Of a stretch of DNA of 64,000 bases, positions 29,701-40,434 are shown piece after piece. A program made the position numbers and the translations under genes. Every line of letters starts with the position of its first letter. The stretch's first letter is position 1. The notes under the pieces are model-generated. The model saw only the letters and a program-made list of their open reading frames with translations. It was not told the DNA's origin and ran no database searches. The DNA is taken from the NCBI GenBank assembly GCA_020348925.1, contig CP070758.1:638469-702468 (forward strand), in the 5' to 3' direction. The stretch is from Gemmatimonadota bacterium. GTDB lineage: Bacteria; JBHIER01; G020348925.

Positions 29701-32700
29701 CGTCGTCTGAACGTCCACCACACGCATGTAGGCCGACTCGTACCACAGATCGATCTGCGCCGCCGAGACCGGGTACTCGTTGTCCAGCATCAGCCCGATA
29801 CCCACCTGATCGCCGGGCAGCAGGGTCGGATCCAGACCACGGCACGTCTCCGAATACTTGTAACCAACCTTGATCCCACTGGTGTCCCGGATACACATGC
29901 CTGTGAACGGCAGAAACTTGATGTCCACATAGTCCGTGTCCCTCTTGCAGAACCCCTTGGCCGCATGCACGATCACATGGGCCGGCAACGAAATCGGCGG
30001 GAGGGGACCCTGAGGCACGACGGACAGATTGGCCACCGCACTCTCACCCGGCAGCAGATCAAAATCACTCACATCAAAGGCGTAATCCCAACCAGGCGGT
30101 ATGTGAGGCGGAAACGCGTTCTCATCGATCCACAGATCGATGTTGTCGTAATACGGCTCCTCGTTGTACACCGGGATCGGAAAAACCACAGGCGCCCACG
30201 GATGCTCCGCATCCACCCAGCGGTGCTTGGGCCAAAACCACATCTCACAATCTCTCAGGTACTCCGTGGTCGAATCCTCGGCCGTCCACTCCCACCGACC
30301 TGTCCACACGTCAAATTCATCCCTTTCAGGTGTCAGACAATGACGGCGGATCACAGGATAGTCGATGACGATGTTGCGCTGGTACCGTTGATAGTAATTG
30401 CAGCCCAGATCTTCGTACTCAAACCAAGGCACCTGATAATGATACGGCGCCACCACCTGACGCGCAAACCCACCGATGCCGCCCCACAGGACCGTGTCAA
30501 AAACCGCCGGCTTGTACGTATCTCCCCATTCCTCAAAAACCGGGAAGAAGAAACCCCACTCCGCCAGACCGAAGCTGATCTTGGGATAGGCGCTGTTGGG
30601 CCCGTCGTTGACCACATCCACCCATACATCGAAGAACGAATCGCGACATGGATACCGCGGGCTCCAGCGGATGTTCTCCACGTGCACCGGCTGCACAGGA
30701 CGGCCGTCCGGACCCAGATAGAAGTGCTCCGGATAGGGCATGAACTCGATCTCCACCTCACCCCACTCACCGTTGCACTTGAAGGCCATCACCCGAATGA
30801 CCACAGGACCCTCAGGCTCCTCACCACCGGGCCAAACCGTCAAATACACGTCCCGCCTGTCCATAGGTGCCAGCGTCTCGTCCGTCCAGCTCAGATCGGC
30901 CCGCCAGGACTCCGGCAGATCGGCCACATGCAACTCAAAACGCATGGCTTCATCGCGCCAGTTCCACACCGGTATCGTGATGGGCGCCAAGCCCCACTTC
31001 ACCGGCTCCTTGTCCCACGGCCCGTCCGGCCAGATCGTCATCCGACACCGACGACTCAGATACAACTCAGACGCTTCCGGCTCATCACAAAAATACACAT
31101 CCCGATCCCACGCGATCCCAATGTTTCGCGCCCACCAGTTGTGATTGTCAGGATGATGATGAAACTCGCACGCGCACGAATCCAGGGCAGTCCCCATCGG
31201 CGGCACAAAAATCTGATTCACACAATGCGGTCCCACACCGATGGGAGGCACGGTGAACAATCCCCACGGGATCTCCCAATATAAGACAGCGACGGCCTGA
31301 ACCTCATCGCAATCATTGTGAAAGCGGGCGTAGACCGTGTAGTCATCGCACACACACGGATACTCACCACGGTACGGATGACTCCACGTGATGTCCGGCT
31401 CCTGGATCTCAATGCACCCGGCCTTGTACTCCAGACACACTTTCACCATGTACTCGTAACCCGGAAAACACTTCCATTCCTTCTTCTCCCCGTTATAGAT
31501 CCAGGAGGAGCTCTCCGAATGGCCCACATCCCCCAGGATCCTCGGTCTGTCCGCCCCGTCCAGCATTTTCCACACCACGAAGAAACAGCTCTTGGCCGGG
31601 ATTTGTATGCATTGTTCCAGTTCCACTCTCTCCCACTCCCAGTTGCCGATAAAATCGCCGGCCCCTATCTTGCCCAACATCTTGCTGAACGGGCTCTCAC
31701 CCGGGCCCAGGGGCTCACAGGGACTACAGGATTCCTCGCATCCCTGATAGATCCAGAGATCGATGGAACCCGGATCGTACCACTGAAAGGAGATCGATGC
31801 CAGTTTCGCTTCGCCCTTCGGATTGTAGAAACTGACGGCGTAGAGATCCTGGTCCGGCAAGCTGCTGCCGATCATATAGTCCTCAGGATCGTCCTCACCG
31901 ACGTGATCCATACAGGTATCACCCCAGGCCACGGCAGGGGTACTCATACCTGTCCAGCGGATTTCGACAGTACGTCTGCCACTGTTACCATACCAATTGG
32001 CCCGCTGGTCATCTGAGACTAATACCGAATCCATCACATCTACACCATAAGCAAAATCGTAGGCGGAAACCATCGTTCCCGGCACACCGTTCTGTAATAA
32101 TCCCGCAAAATCTATCCCGGCTCTAAAAAATAGATAATCCTGCCAAATCCGAACCTTGAACTCCCCATCCCCATCCGGCAGGAACAGGCTCAGATCAAAA
32201 TTATGCCATTCATCGACAATGGGTGGTCCACGTAATGAATTATCAAAGGTGTATCCGTCCACCATGACCCAGGCTTCCCCGTTCCAGATATAGATGAAAA
32301 AAGTCCCGCCAGTCGTAATCGGCAGATAGTAGCCCTTGGATACAAATACGAAATCCCGCTGCTCGCCCGATGAGACCGGTACCGGAAACGTCAGGGAGAT
32401 ATTCTGATTTGGAAGCATCTCCGCATACACACCGTCCGCGTTCTCCAGGTCGGAGCGAACATCCATTCCCTCCGAATGAAGGGCCGTTGCAGGTGGCAAG
32501 GCGGTTACGGTGACAGGCACTTGGGGATCACCATCCAAGGCCACATAGTCCACAATATGATACTTCTTTGTATGACAAGAAGTGACATAGATCCGAACCT
32601 TGACATCCCCTTCACTGTCAGGCAGAAGCCCTGCCAGATCGTAGCACCCTGTGGCCCAGTTGTCCCTGGGATAGAAGGTGTTCCTGGTCTCCCACTCACC

Positions 32701-33852
32701 GATCCCATTGATTGTCTGAATTTGCAAGGTCGGCTGTTGAAAGGTGTTGTCCCCCCAATCGTTCTCATCATCGACCTGAAAACCAATAGCTCTCAAAACG
32801 AAAATAGCTCCGGCAGAGACATCCAAGGCACCGAAATCTACTATGATAACGTCCTCGTGATAGACTGAAGCTCCGGCCCCATCCTCCGCAGTCACACCTG
32901 CTGTGACATTATCGCTCCCGTTTTGTACTGCAGAGACGGGAACCGACGGACCGGCATAGGTCCGTAAGTTGCCGGATTCGTCCGTTCCGATCTGAACACT
33001 GGATGGATGGTCGACGACTATGAGTTGGACCATGTCCGTGAAGGACTGTTCGGCCCCATCCTCCCTGAGCTCCAGCGAATATACTCCTTCCTTTTCCACC
33101 AGAGGCTGCTGCAGGGCGTAATAGTCGGTGTACTCCCTGCCAGCACCCCGAGCTGTGGAATAGACGTCGTTGTCGGCCACGTACTCAGAGCCATTCCATG
33201 TGTAGACCCACGGGCATGATGCCAAAGCAGCTGGATCCTCCCACGCTTCCAATTGCAAAGTAATGTTCCGTGTCGCTGGCTGGCAATGGATCGTGATATC
33301 GACGTCATCAATATAAAAGCCCGGCATTCCCCAGTCGTAGAATACATACAAAGGGAACCTCAAGTAAATGTCCCCGCCGGCATAGGCACTCACATCAAAC
33401 TGGTACTCGCACCATGTTCCATACATGGTCCAAAACAGTTCCGCCAGAACTTTGAAATTCACTCCATCTGACGATACCTGGAATTCCCCGCGGTCCTGCC
33501 AGAACGAATTGACATTAATCCAGGCGAAGAACCGCACCCTCGCCACCTGGTTCGGTCCCAGAACGGGTATCGGGATGGCCGGGGATGTTAATAACCCATC
33601 GTGATTATCATCGGCGGAATCGGCAAGATCCGTCCCCCAGACGTTCACGCCACTGTGGGCCGAGGGGCCTGTAAGTAAGGTCGGTGTGCCCCACTCCCAT
33701 TCATCGACAGTAGCACCGGCGTGGGTATAGCCGCCATCGTCACTCTCGAAGTCCTCCGAATAGATCACTGTTCCCTGCGCGTACACCGAAGCTGAAAAAG
33801 CCAAAGTGAGCAGGAGCAGTACCGCACTCACGAAAACACGCATCGCCTTCAT
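29701..33852 (-). CDS. Very large secreted multidomain protein (>1380 aa) ending at the contig break in a cohesin-like domain
   Basis: RBS GAGGAGG with ATG 33852; signal peptide; EDFESDDGG...WEWGTP...GFYIDDV beta-sandwich; SCPWVYTWNG motif; Cys/Trp-rich modules; GDQVGIGLMLDNEYPVSAAQIDLWY cohesin-like start. Confidence 0.85.
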
Positions 33853-34082
33853 CGTATTCCTCCTCTCGGATAAGTTTGACACTGTGAAATGTTGATTAAC
33901 GTAATTCTATGATTATTCTGAATATTATTTTCAGTGCATTTTGCATGGAGCAATAATTCTCAGTGTGACACAGGAGTATCAACTTCTTTATGTCGGTATT
34001 CCCTTCTCCTTCGCCTGGTATTCCATTTAACATGAATATTGGTTCTAAACACAAGTGAAAAGTTTCTGACAACTACGTTGCT

Positions 34083-34111
34083 AATGTAAGTCTTGTCGGG
34101 ATTCCTGTCAA
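34083..34111 (-). promoter_or_regulatory. Sigma70-type promoter
   Basis: Minus strand TTGACA (34111-34106), 17 nt, TACATT (34088-34083). Confidence 0.65.
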
Positions 34112-34370
34112 GCTTTTTTTACAATTTTTCGTTCGGCAAACGATTATGGATTGGAAGCTGAGTTTCCTTTGAAATCTCATTTCGAAACAATTTTTTAGCC
34201 TGCGTTCTTCAAAAGTTTCATTCCTCTTGGAGTGAGGAGTGATAGAGTCAATAATTGTGGAAGATGACACGGAACAAGCTTAAAAGACGTCTTCCATTTC
34301 ACTCTTTAAATATTTACGTACTACGTTGCATCCGCGTCGACCTGTATGAACAATCCAGGTGAAACATGAG

Positions 34371-34405
34371 AAAAGCCGCCCCGGTCTTGAAACCAGGGCG
34401 GCTTT
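34371..34405 (-). terminator. Intrinsic terminator, possibly bidirectional
   Basis: AAAGCCGCCC-TGGT...ACCG-GGGCGGCTTTT on the minus strand, about 50 nt after the 34456 stop. Confidence 0.8.
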
Positions 34406-34455
34406 CGTACTTTTTGATCCCTCGCTTTCGCTCAGGACATGTTTTTCGATCTCTC

Positions 34456-35513
34456 TTACTTCATCAGTACCATCCGACGGGTGGCCGTGAAGTCGTTGGC
34501 CTCGATCCGGTAAAAGTAGACACCGCTGGCAAGATCCCGGGCATCCCACTTGACCACATGATGCCCGGCCTCCTGATCGCCGTCCACCAGCTCGGCCACA
34601 ACCTGTCCCAACGTGTTGTAGACAAACACCTTGACCTTGGCCGCCTGAGGCAGACTGTAGGCGATCGACGTCACCGGGTTGAACGGGTTCGGGTAGTTCT
34701 GAGCCAGTCCATACTCGGCCGGCACCAGATCCTCGGATTTGACCACGAACATCGAGCCGTGACCGAACACAATGGCCTCGTCCACGGTGAAGACCACAGG
34801 CTCAACCACCTCGATGCCCACCTCGGAGACATCGCCACTCAGCGTGAAGGGCACCCGCACCACAGAACCCGCACCGGCCTCGATGGCCTCGCCCCTCATA
34901 CTGGAGACAAAGACCACCAGCTCATCCCCGATCACCCGAGAGCTCACGTCCATTCCTTCCGACCTGGCCGTCAACTCCGGCTCCCCGGCCGTCAGACTCT
35001 TCTGATCGTACCGGAACCGCAGCAACACTCCGGCCACGTCCTGCTCCGAGGTCACATCCACCGGCACCGCCACCGTCCGACCCGATACTCCGACCGCATC
35101 GCCCACCGCCACATCGGCCACGGCCACCTTCGGATCGCAAACGCCCACGGCCAGGTTGATGCACTTCATCAGATCGATGATGTTGACGAGCCCATCGCCA
35201 TTGGCATCCGCCGCCCAGATCAACGTCGTCGGATCAAAAACGTCATCCAACGATCCCAGGCTCTTCTTCCCCGTGAGGTGGTTCAAGATGGCCAACAGAT
35301 CCATCAACGTCACCATGGTGTCCGGTGCCGCGGATAAGCCCGTCACGTCGCACTTGTTGGGCACAATGTACCCACCGTAACAGATCTGACCCTTGTCCTC
35401 AAATTTCAAACACAGCGGCTCCTTGGGATGGCCCTCCCAGTCCGGCAGCCCGTCCAGGATCACCGTCCCGTACCAGATGTCCGCACACGCACCCGCCGGC
35501 GCTCCGGGCAAAA
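34456..35513 (-). CDS. C-terminal part of secreted protein: dockerin-like, cohesin-like and T9SS type A sorting domain
   Basis: ADANGDGLVNIIDL dockerin loop; TVAVPVDVTSEQDVAGVLLRFRYD cohesin pattern; QNYPNPFNP...ASGVYFYRI...RRMVLMK. Confidence 0.85.
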
Positions 35514-35690
35514 NNNNNNNNNNNNNNNNNNNNNNNNNNNNNNNNNNNNNNNNNNNNNNNNNNNNNNNNNNNNNNNNNNNNNNNNNNNNNNNNNNNNNNN
35601 NNNNNNNNNNNNNAAAGAAGGCCCGGGGAGATGGTAAAATACTTGAGATGTATAGAAAATATACATATCAAATTGTTTCTTTATCGTATC

Positions 35691-36808
35691 TCAAGTGTTT
35701 CTTAAATGTTTCTCTATTGTTTCTGGGGTTATTATAGGTCCAAATTCATATCCTGCCTTCCTCCCACGATCCCTGTCGACACCTTTCAAAATTTCAGTTT
35801 CAACCATGTGGCATAGCTCTTGCCAAGCCAGTTTTCTGTTATGAAGTCCGTTTATTTGTTGATATTCGCGGTTAGTAATCCTCCCTCGATGTGCAACATG
35901 GGTGAGCGCCTTTTTTTGGCGCTCATTCAAATTCGCCCTCCTCAAGATCTCCCCCACTTCTCTTGCATGTTCCTTATCAAGCCATAACCGCCTTTCTGTG
36001 ATTGTGTTCTCAATAGTAGGCAGAAAATATATGATATATGGCTGAAAGTCAGATCTGCAGAAATCGCCGGAACGGAAAGTTCCTGAAACCAAATGCAACA
36101 CATCACTGTGAATGCCTCACGGCTCACGAAGATATCCTTCTCGAGGGAAATATATCCACCAAAGTCATAATCGTTGCAGTTCAATGTCGATAACAACAAG
36201 AACCATGCCATCTTACAGTTGTCGGAGGGAAATGGCCTCACAATTAAAACCTGAAAATATGCAATAATTGCCCTAATAATGGGATGAACATCTTTCGATT
36301 CATATCCTAACCAATCGAAAAGATCAGATGTGTAGAAATGAATATCACCATGCGGGGCAGCATCATATAGTTTTTTCTGCGAATTTTCCCTTATATCGAT
36401 ATGAGAATCTCTGTAGGGTTTCTTGCCCTTGTCGGTTTGATCTTTCCTCTTAAAATCACCTTTGAGCAGGCGATATAAATCAATAAAATCATCTTCGCCA
36501 TACCGGTGACTTGAACTGGTGTACGTTCGTATCTTTTTAAGAACAGCGTGGACGGCGGCAATCGGTTGTTCTGATTCATCGGTCGGTTTTTGAAATGGGG
36601 ATTCAAGAAGGCGTGCCACTCGCCCATAGCCTATTCGTTGATTCTCCGGTTGTATGATAAGGGAGATCGAAGTGTTGAGCGCTTCCTCCCGCAAAGTCTT
36701 CATTTTATTGTGAGGAAATGTTAATCCTCTTAAATGATCGTTTGTTTCACGAAGAGACATGAGCCGATTTTCAAAAGCTCCGGAAAGACTGAATTGAGGT
36801 TTAAACAT
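35691..36808 (-). pseudogene. Fic-domain plus C-terminal HTH protein, frameshifted near 36105-36110, with degenerate Fic motif
   Basis: MFKPQFSL start; VHPIIRAIIAYFQVLIVRPFPSDNCKMA in place of HPFxDGNGRxxR; HTH part LNERQKKAL...ITNREYQQIN lies in another frame (35691-36101). Confidence 0.7.
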
Positions 36809-37143
36809 TGCTTTTTCTCCTAAAATGTATTATATTATATCGTCCTTTTGAATATAAGAAGCTCTTCCAAAAGAGGCAAGAGAAAATTACAACATCTTAT
36901 TGATATTAAACTTGGGAGAAAAAAGAAATATCGGAGAAAAATTATCAGGTTTTTTGAAAAAAAATTGAAACTTTTAGAAAATCTGAACGTCCAATATATC
37001 GAAGTTGAAAATTGAATATAGAAAATGCGGGTGAGTAGCGGGGATGGGTTGATTGACAAAACGAGAAGCAAGTCCTTCCAAATTTCCCTCTTAGTTCACC
37101 TACCACTTTTTCCTCAAATTCCGCGAAAGCCCGCTAAAATTAT

Positions 37144-37174
37144 AGCCGCTGAAGATCACTCTACAGCGGCTTTT
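37144..37174. terminator. Hairpin terminator after the TPR gene
   Basis: AGCCGCTG-N12-CAGCGGCT followed by TTT. Confidence 0.6.
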
Positions 37175-37240
37175 GTTTTCCCTTTTTTTGGACCACAAAG
37201 AATCGAGGATGCAACGAACGCAATGCGCCAAGGGGAACCT

Positions 37241-37915
37241 TTAGAACTCGATCAAGCTGACCTTCGCCTGTTGAATAGAATTTGACTCTGGGTATTGATC
37301 GACGATCCTCTGATACACGCGCTTCGCTTTCTCAGTGTCCCCTGCTGATTCGTAGCATCGACCGGCACTCAAGAGATACTCAGGAGCCATATAAAAATCT
37401 TGAAATTCAGAGGCCGCTCTCTCGTACCAGCGTCCTGCCTCAATGTAGTCCTCCTTTTCTTCGTAGCAGGCGGCAACACCGGCTATTGCCGAGGCTGTCA
37501 GTGTTGGAAGTTTGTGATATTTATTTACGTATCTTTCGAAGTATTGATGCGCTTTATCGAAATTTCCTGTAAAAAAGTAGGCATTGGCCAACAAATAGGT
37601 AGCGTGAGCACTGCTTCTTGTACCGTCGTACCGTTGGATGACCGATTCAAACAGTGGAATGGAGTTTTGATAGTCTCCGCTCTGATAGACAATCTCGGAA
37701 CTACCCAACATATTTGCAGCACTGATCTCCTTCTTCTTTTTAGAGCTGACCATAAGAAATCCAATAAGGAGTACAACGATGAGACCGGTGATCCCAAAGA
37801 TGAACTGCCTCGAATGATCCTGAACATAGTTTAAGACCTTAAAAGAATATGTTACCAATTTATCCTGTTTCATCTGTTTTTTTGTGATCCGTTTTCTCGG
37901 TTTCAGCATTGGCAT
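37241..37915 (-). CDS. Membrane-anchored TPR protein (YfgM/CpoB-like)
   Basis: RBS AAAGGAG; MLKPRKRITKKQMKQDKLV, one TM helix, several TPRs ending IVDQYPES. Confidence 0.85.
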   Translation of the reverse strand: MPMLKPRKRITKKQMKQDKLVTYSFKVLNYVQDHSRQFIFGITGLIVVLLIGFLMVSSKKKKEISAANMLGSSEIVYQSGDYQNSIPLFESVIQRYDGTRSSAHATYLLANAYFFTGNFDKAHQYFERYVNKYHKLPTLTASAIAGVAACYEEKEDYIEAGRWYERAASEFQDFYMAPEYLLSAGRCYESAGDTEKAKRVYQRIVDQYPESNSIQQAKVSLIEF

Positions 37916-37939
37916 ATTATTCTTTCTCCTTTCGTCACG

Positions 37940-38017
37940 TGGTGCCCCTGGCGCGACTCGAACGCGCGACACAGGGATTAGGAATCCCTTGCTCTATCCA
38001 TCCTGAGCTACAGGGGC
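37940..38017 (-). tRNA. tRNA-Arg (anticodon CCT)
   Basis: GCCCCTG acceptor stem, GCTC/GAGC D-stem, AGGGA-TTCCTAA-TCCCT anticodon arm, GCGCG-TTCGAGT-CGCGC T-arm, encoded CCA. Confidence 0.97.
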
Positions 38018-38300
38018 TTGCGAGTATAAAGAATCATCCTTATAAAATGCATAAAATACTGTAAAAAACCTATATGTGTGCTCTGCAAGGCTCAACAAAT
38101 TTACTAAATTGTCTCTCAAAGTCAAGCTAAAAAACACCGAGAGTGGTCGAGGATACATAATCTCCATGCCCAAACGATACACCCGGGATAGATGTTACTC
38201 TGGCATGGATCCGCCCTTAAATTTCATTATTGTACTCCTCAAAGAGGTCACCCTGATTGATTTCAGAATGACCTCTCCCCTATCCCATTGTAATGCCCTA

Positions 38301-39194
38301 CTATTTCATGAGTACCATTCGCCGGGTCGCTGTATAATCTCCAGCCGTTAATCTGTAGAAATAAACACCACTAGCCGCCTGTCTACCCTCATTGTCTCTC
38401 CCATTCCACGTGACCGCATAGTATCCAGGCTCTTTCTCCATATCCACCAATGTCCGTACCTCTTGGCCCAAAACATTATAAATCTTCAGGGTAGTATGAA
38501 TGGGTGATCTCACATCTGGAATCTGGTATCTGATATCTGTAGTGGGATTGAAGGGGTTCGGGTAGTTCTGGCCAAGACTGTATTCAGTTGGAATTTCCAC
38601 GTGTTCTCTGAAAAGGGTCGTGAACTTTGCATACTCATCGCGGGTCAAGTAATACTGGAGCGATTTAAAAAATTCCCTCACCTCTTGAGTAACTACAGGT
38701 TTGAAATCAGCGCCAGGGCATCCTGGAATATATCCGAGAATGACGTTCACAATGCTCAACGCATCCAAAATATCGATCACATCATCGCCGTTACAATTAG
38801 CCCTGTCAAGAGCCTCGCCTGTCAAGGTTTGAGTGCCCAGTATATGATTGACAACGACAACAATGTCCAAAACATCGATACTTCCATCTCCGTTGATATC
38901 GCCTGTCTCTGCGGTCAGCACTGCACCTCTCTGCATAGTAATAGGCTGGAGTCCCGCAGTCACCCGAAACCCGGGGCTGAAGGACGTCCCGATGGGTGTC
39001 GGCTGGCCGAGAGTATTTCGCGCCTTGAAGTCGGGCGAACGCACCGTCTGTCCTGAACTGCTCAACACGTATGCTTTCACTCGAAGATTGTGAGTCGCCC
39101 TCTGCGCAGCCACAGTGAAAGCTGTGCAGAGAAATATGAGCGCGTAAAAAAGGACCAGCTTCGCAGGTCGTCTCTTTTTTCTCTTATGTATCAT
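38301..39194 (-). CDS. Secreted protein: small N-domain, dockerin and T9SS type A sorting domain
   Basis: Signal peptide; GDINGDGSIDVLD and ANCNGDDVIDILD; QNYPNPFNP...ASGVYFYRL...RRMVLMK. Confidence 0.9.
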   Translation of the reverse strand: MIHKRKKRRPAKLVLFYALIFLCTAFTVAAQRATHNLRVKAYVLSSSGQTVRSPDFKARNTLGQPTPIGTSFSPGFRVTAGLQPITMQRGAVLTAETGDINGDGSIDVLDIVVVVNHILGTQTLTGEALDRANCNGDDVIDILDALSIVNVILGYIPGCPGADFKPVVTQEVREFFKSLQYYLTRDEYAKFTTLFREHVEIPTEYSLGQNYPNPFNPTTDIRYQIPDVRSPIHTTLKIYNVLGQEVRTLVDMEKEPGYYAVTWNGRDNEGRQAASGVYFYRLTAGDYTATRRMVLMK

Positions 39195-39212
39195 GATCAC
39201 ACCTCGATTGGT

Positions 39213-40418
39213 TCACTTTTTAAATCTTTGTTCATGTTTGTTTCTCGTCGATGCAGAAACCCTCTCACTGCTCTCATTGAATTCTAAATGAAACGGATTT
39301 CTGAAACCTTCACTTTCGCCGAGGCTCTGAGAAGGCACTGAAATCGATGAAGCTTGAAAAGAAGACTCAGGATAAATTTTCACTGTACCAAGTCGCGGGA
39401 CAAGTTCTGTATCCGCGTTCAAAATTCTGTCGAGGGTGTAATTGTTTCCCCCTTCGAAAACAAGAACTCTGTTATCGATCGACTCATCATCAAGAGCTTT
39501 GACCAGTGTATGATAAGGCGTCATAAAGTTTCCCGTTTGACCACCTGTTCTGTCCGAATTGATATATATCGGGAGATCGGTAAATACTTGACCACGATAG
39601 GCATACCAATCACCGCCTTCAGCCATATTGTCCAGCTGGCATGGTGTCAGGCGATCCCGAACAGTACGGTAGCACATGACATTAAAAAATGTGTTTTCTG
39701 CGAGCCATTGTTCATGAGAGGTCAACGCATTGAAATTGCTTCCCCAAACTTCATTGGTATAGATATCGATGTCGTTAAATGTCTGCCAAGGTTGTGCTTG
39801 TGAATTGTGATCTTCAGCTACGTCGTCACATGGGCTGTTCCATGTGTGAACCATACCTAAAATGTGACAGGTTTCATGAAGTATGGTCACTTCATCAGCC
39901 CGTGCGGACATACCGAACATTCTCGAGTTCGGATGTGATATCGCTGTGCCACCCCAGGGCCCTTCATTGATGTACAGATTAATTGCATCCGTTCGCCAGT
40001 GATATTGTGCACTATGATCGGGGTTCGTGGCTCGGGCATGGACGTCGTTCCATGTATCATCCGTCCACTCGTCGGCAAAAAAACGACCCCCATCATCAAC
40101 ATCATCAATATCACCCACGAGTTCCAATCGAAATTCGCTTTCACATGTACTTAAAATCTCATTGCCCAAAGCGATCGCATCTCGGACATCTTGGTCTGTT
40201 TCGAAATTTCCTTCAGGATTTCCATTGACGTCGGTGGGATGTGGACGGTTACCATTGGCATCAAGTATGAAATTAACAGATATTCTTATCTCGACATATG
40301 CTGAGCATGTCCGTATGGATGCGACACATAAAAGTGCAACGGTCAAACAGAGAACAATGAGTGGAACTATCCGTTTGTCCTTTTTGTCTTTCACTCCCAA
40401 TGTTGTTTTCATCGTCAT
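39213..40418 (-). CDS. Secreted metzincin metalloprotease (M43/pappalysin-like)
   Basis: HETCHILGMVH zinc motif; Met-turn NVMCY followed by LTPCQLDNM; INLYI strand. Confidence 0.8.
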   Translation of the reverse strand: MTMKTTLGVKDKKDKRIVPLIVLCLTVALLCVASIRTCSAYVEIRISVNFILDANGNRPHPTDVNGNPEGNFETDQDVRDAIALGNEILSTCESEFRLELVGDIDDVDDGGRFFADEWTDDTWNDVHARATNPDHSAQYHWRTDAINLYINEGPWGGTAISHPNSRMFGMSARADEVTILHETCHILGMVHTWNSPCDDVAEDHNSQAQPWQTFNDIDIYTNEVWGSNFNALTSHEQWLAENTFFNVMCYRTVRDRLTPCQLDNMAEGGDWYAYRGQVFTDLPIYINSDRTGGQTGNFMTPYHTLVKALDDESIDNRVLVFEGGNNYTLDRILNADTELVPRLGTVKIYPESSFQASSISVPSQSLGESEGFRNPFHLEFNESSERVSASTRNKHEQRFKK

Positions 40419-40434
40419 CCCCTCCTATTTCGGC

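Noticed and set aside
27874-31284. 1136-aa sigma54 regulator fusion in the ORF track
   Set aside because: Reads through the 100-N spacer into the antisense strand of a gene on another contig; artefact.
34366-35337. Long antisense ORFs (also 27964-29322, 59286-60326, 4746-5510, 2647-3390)
   Set aside because: They mirror well-supported genes on the opposite strand in GC-rich sequence and show no motifs of their own.
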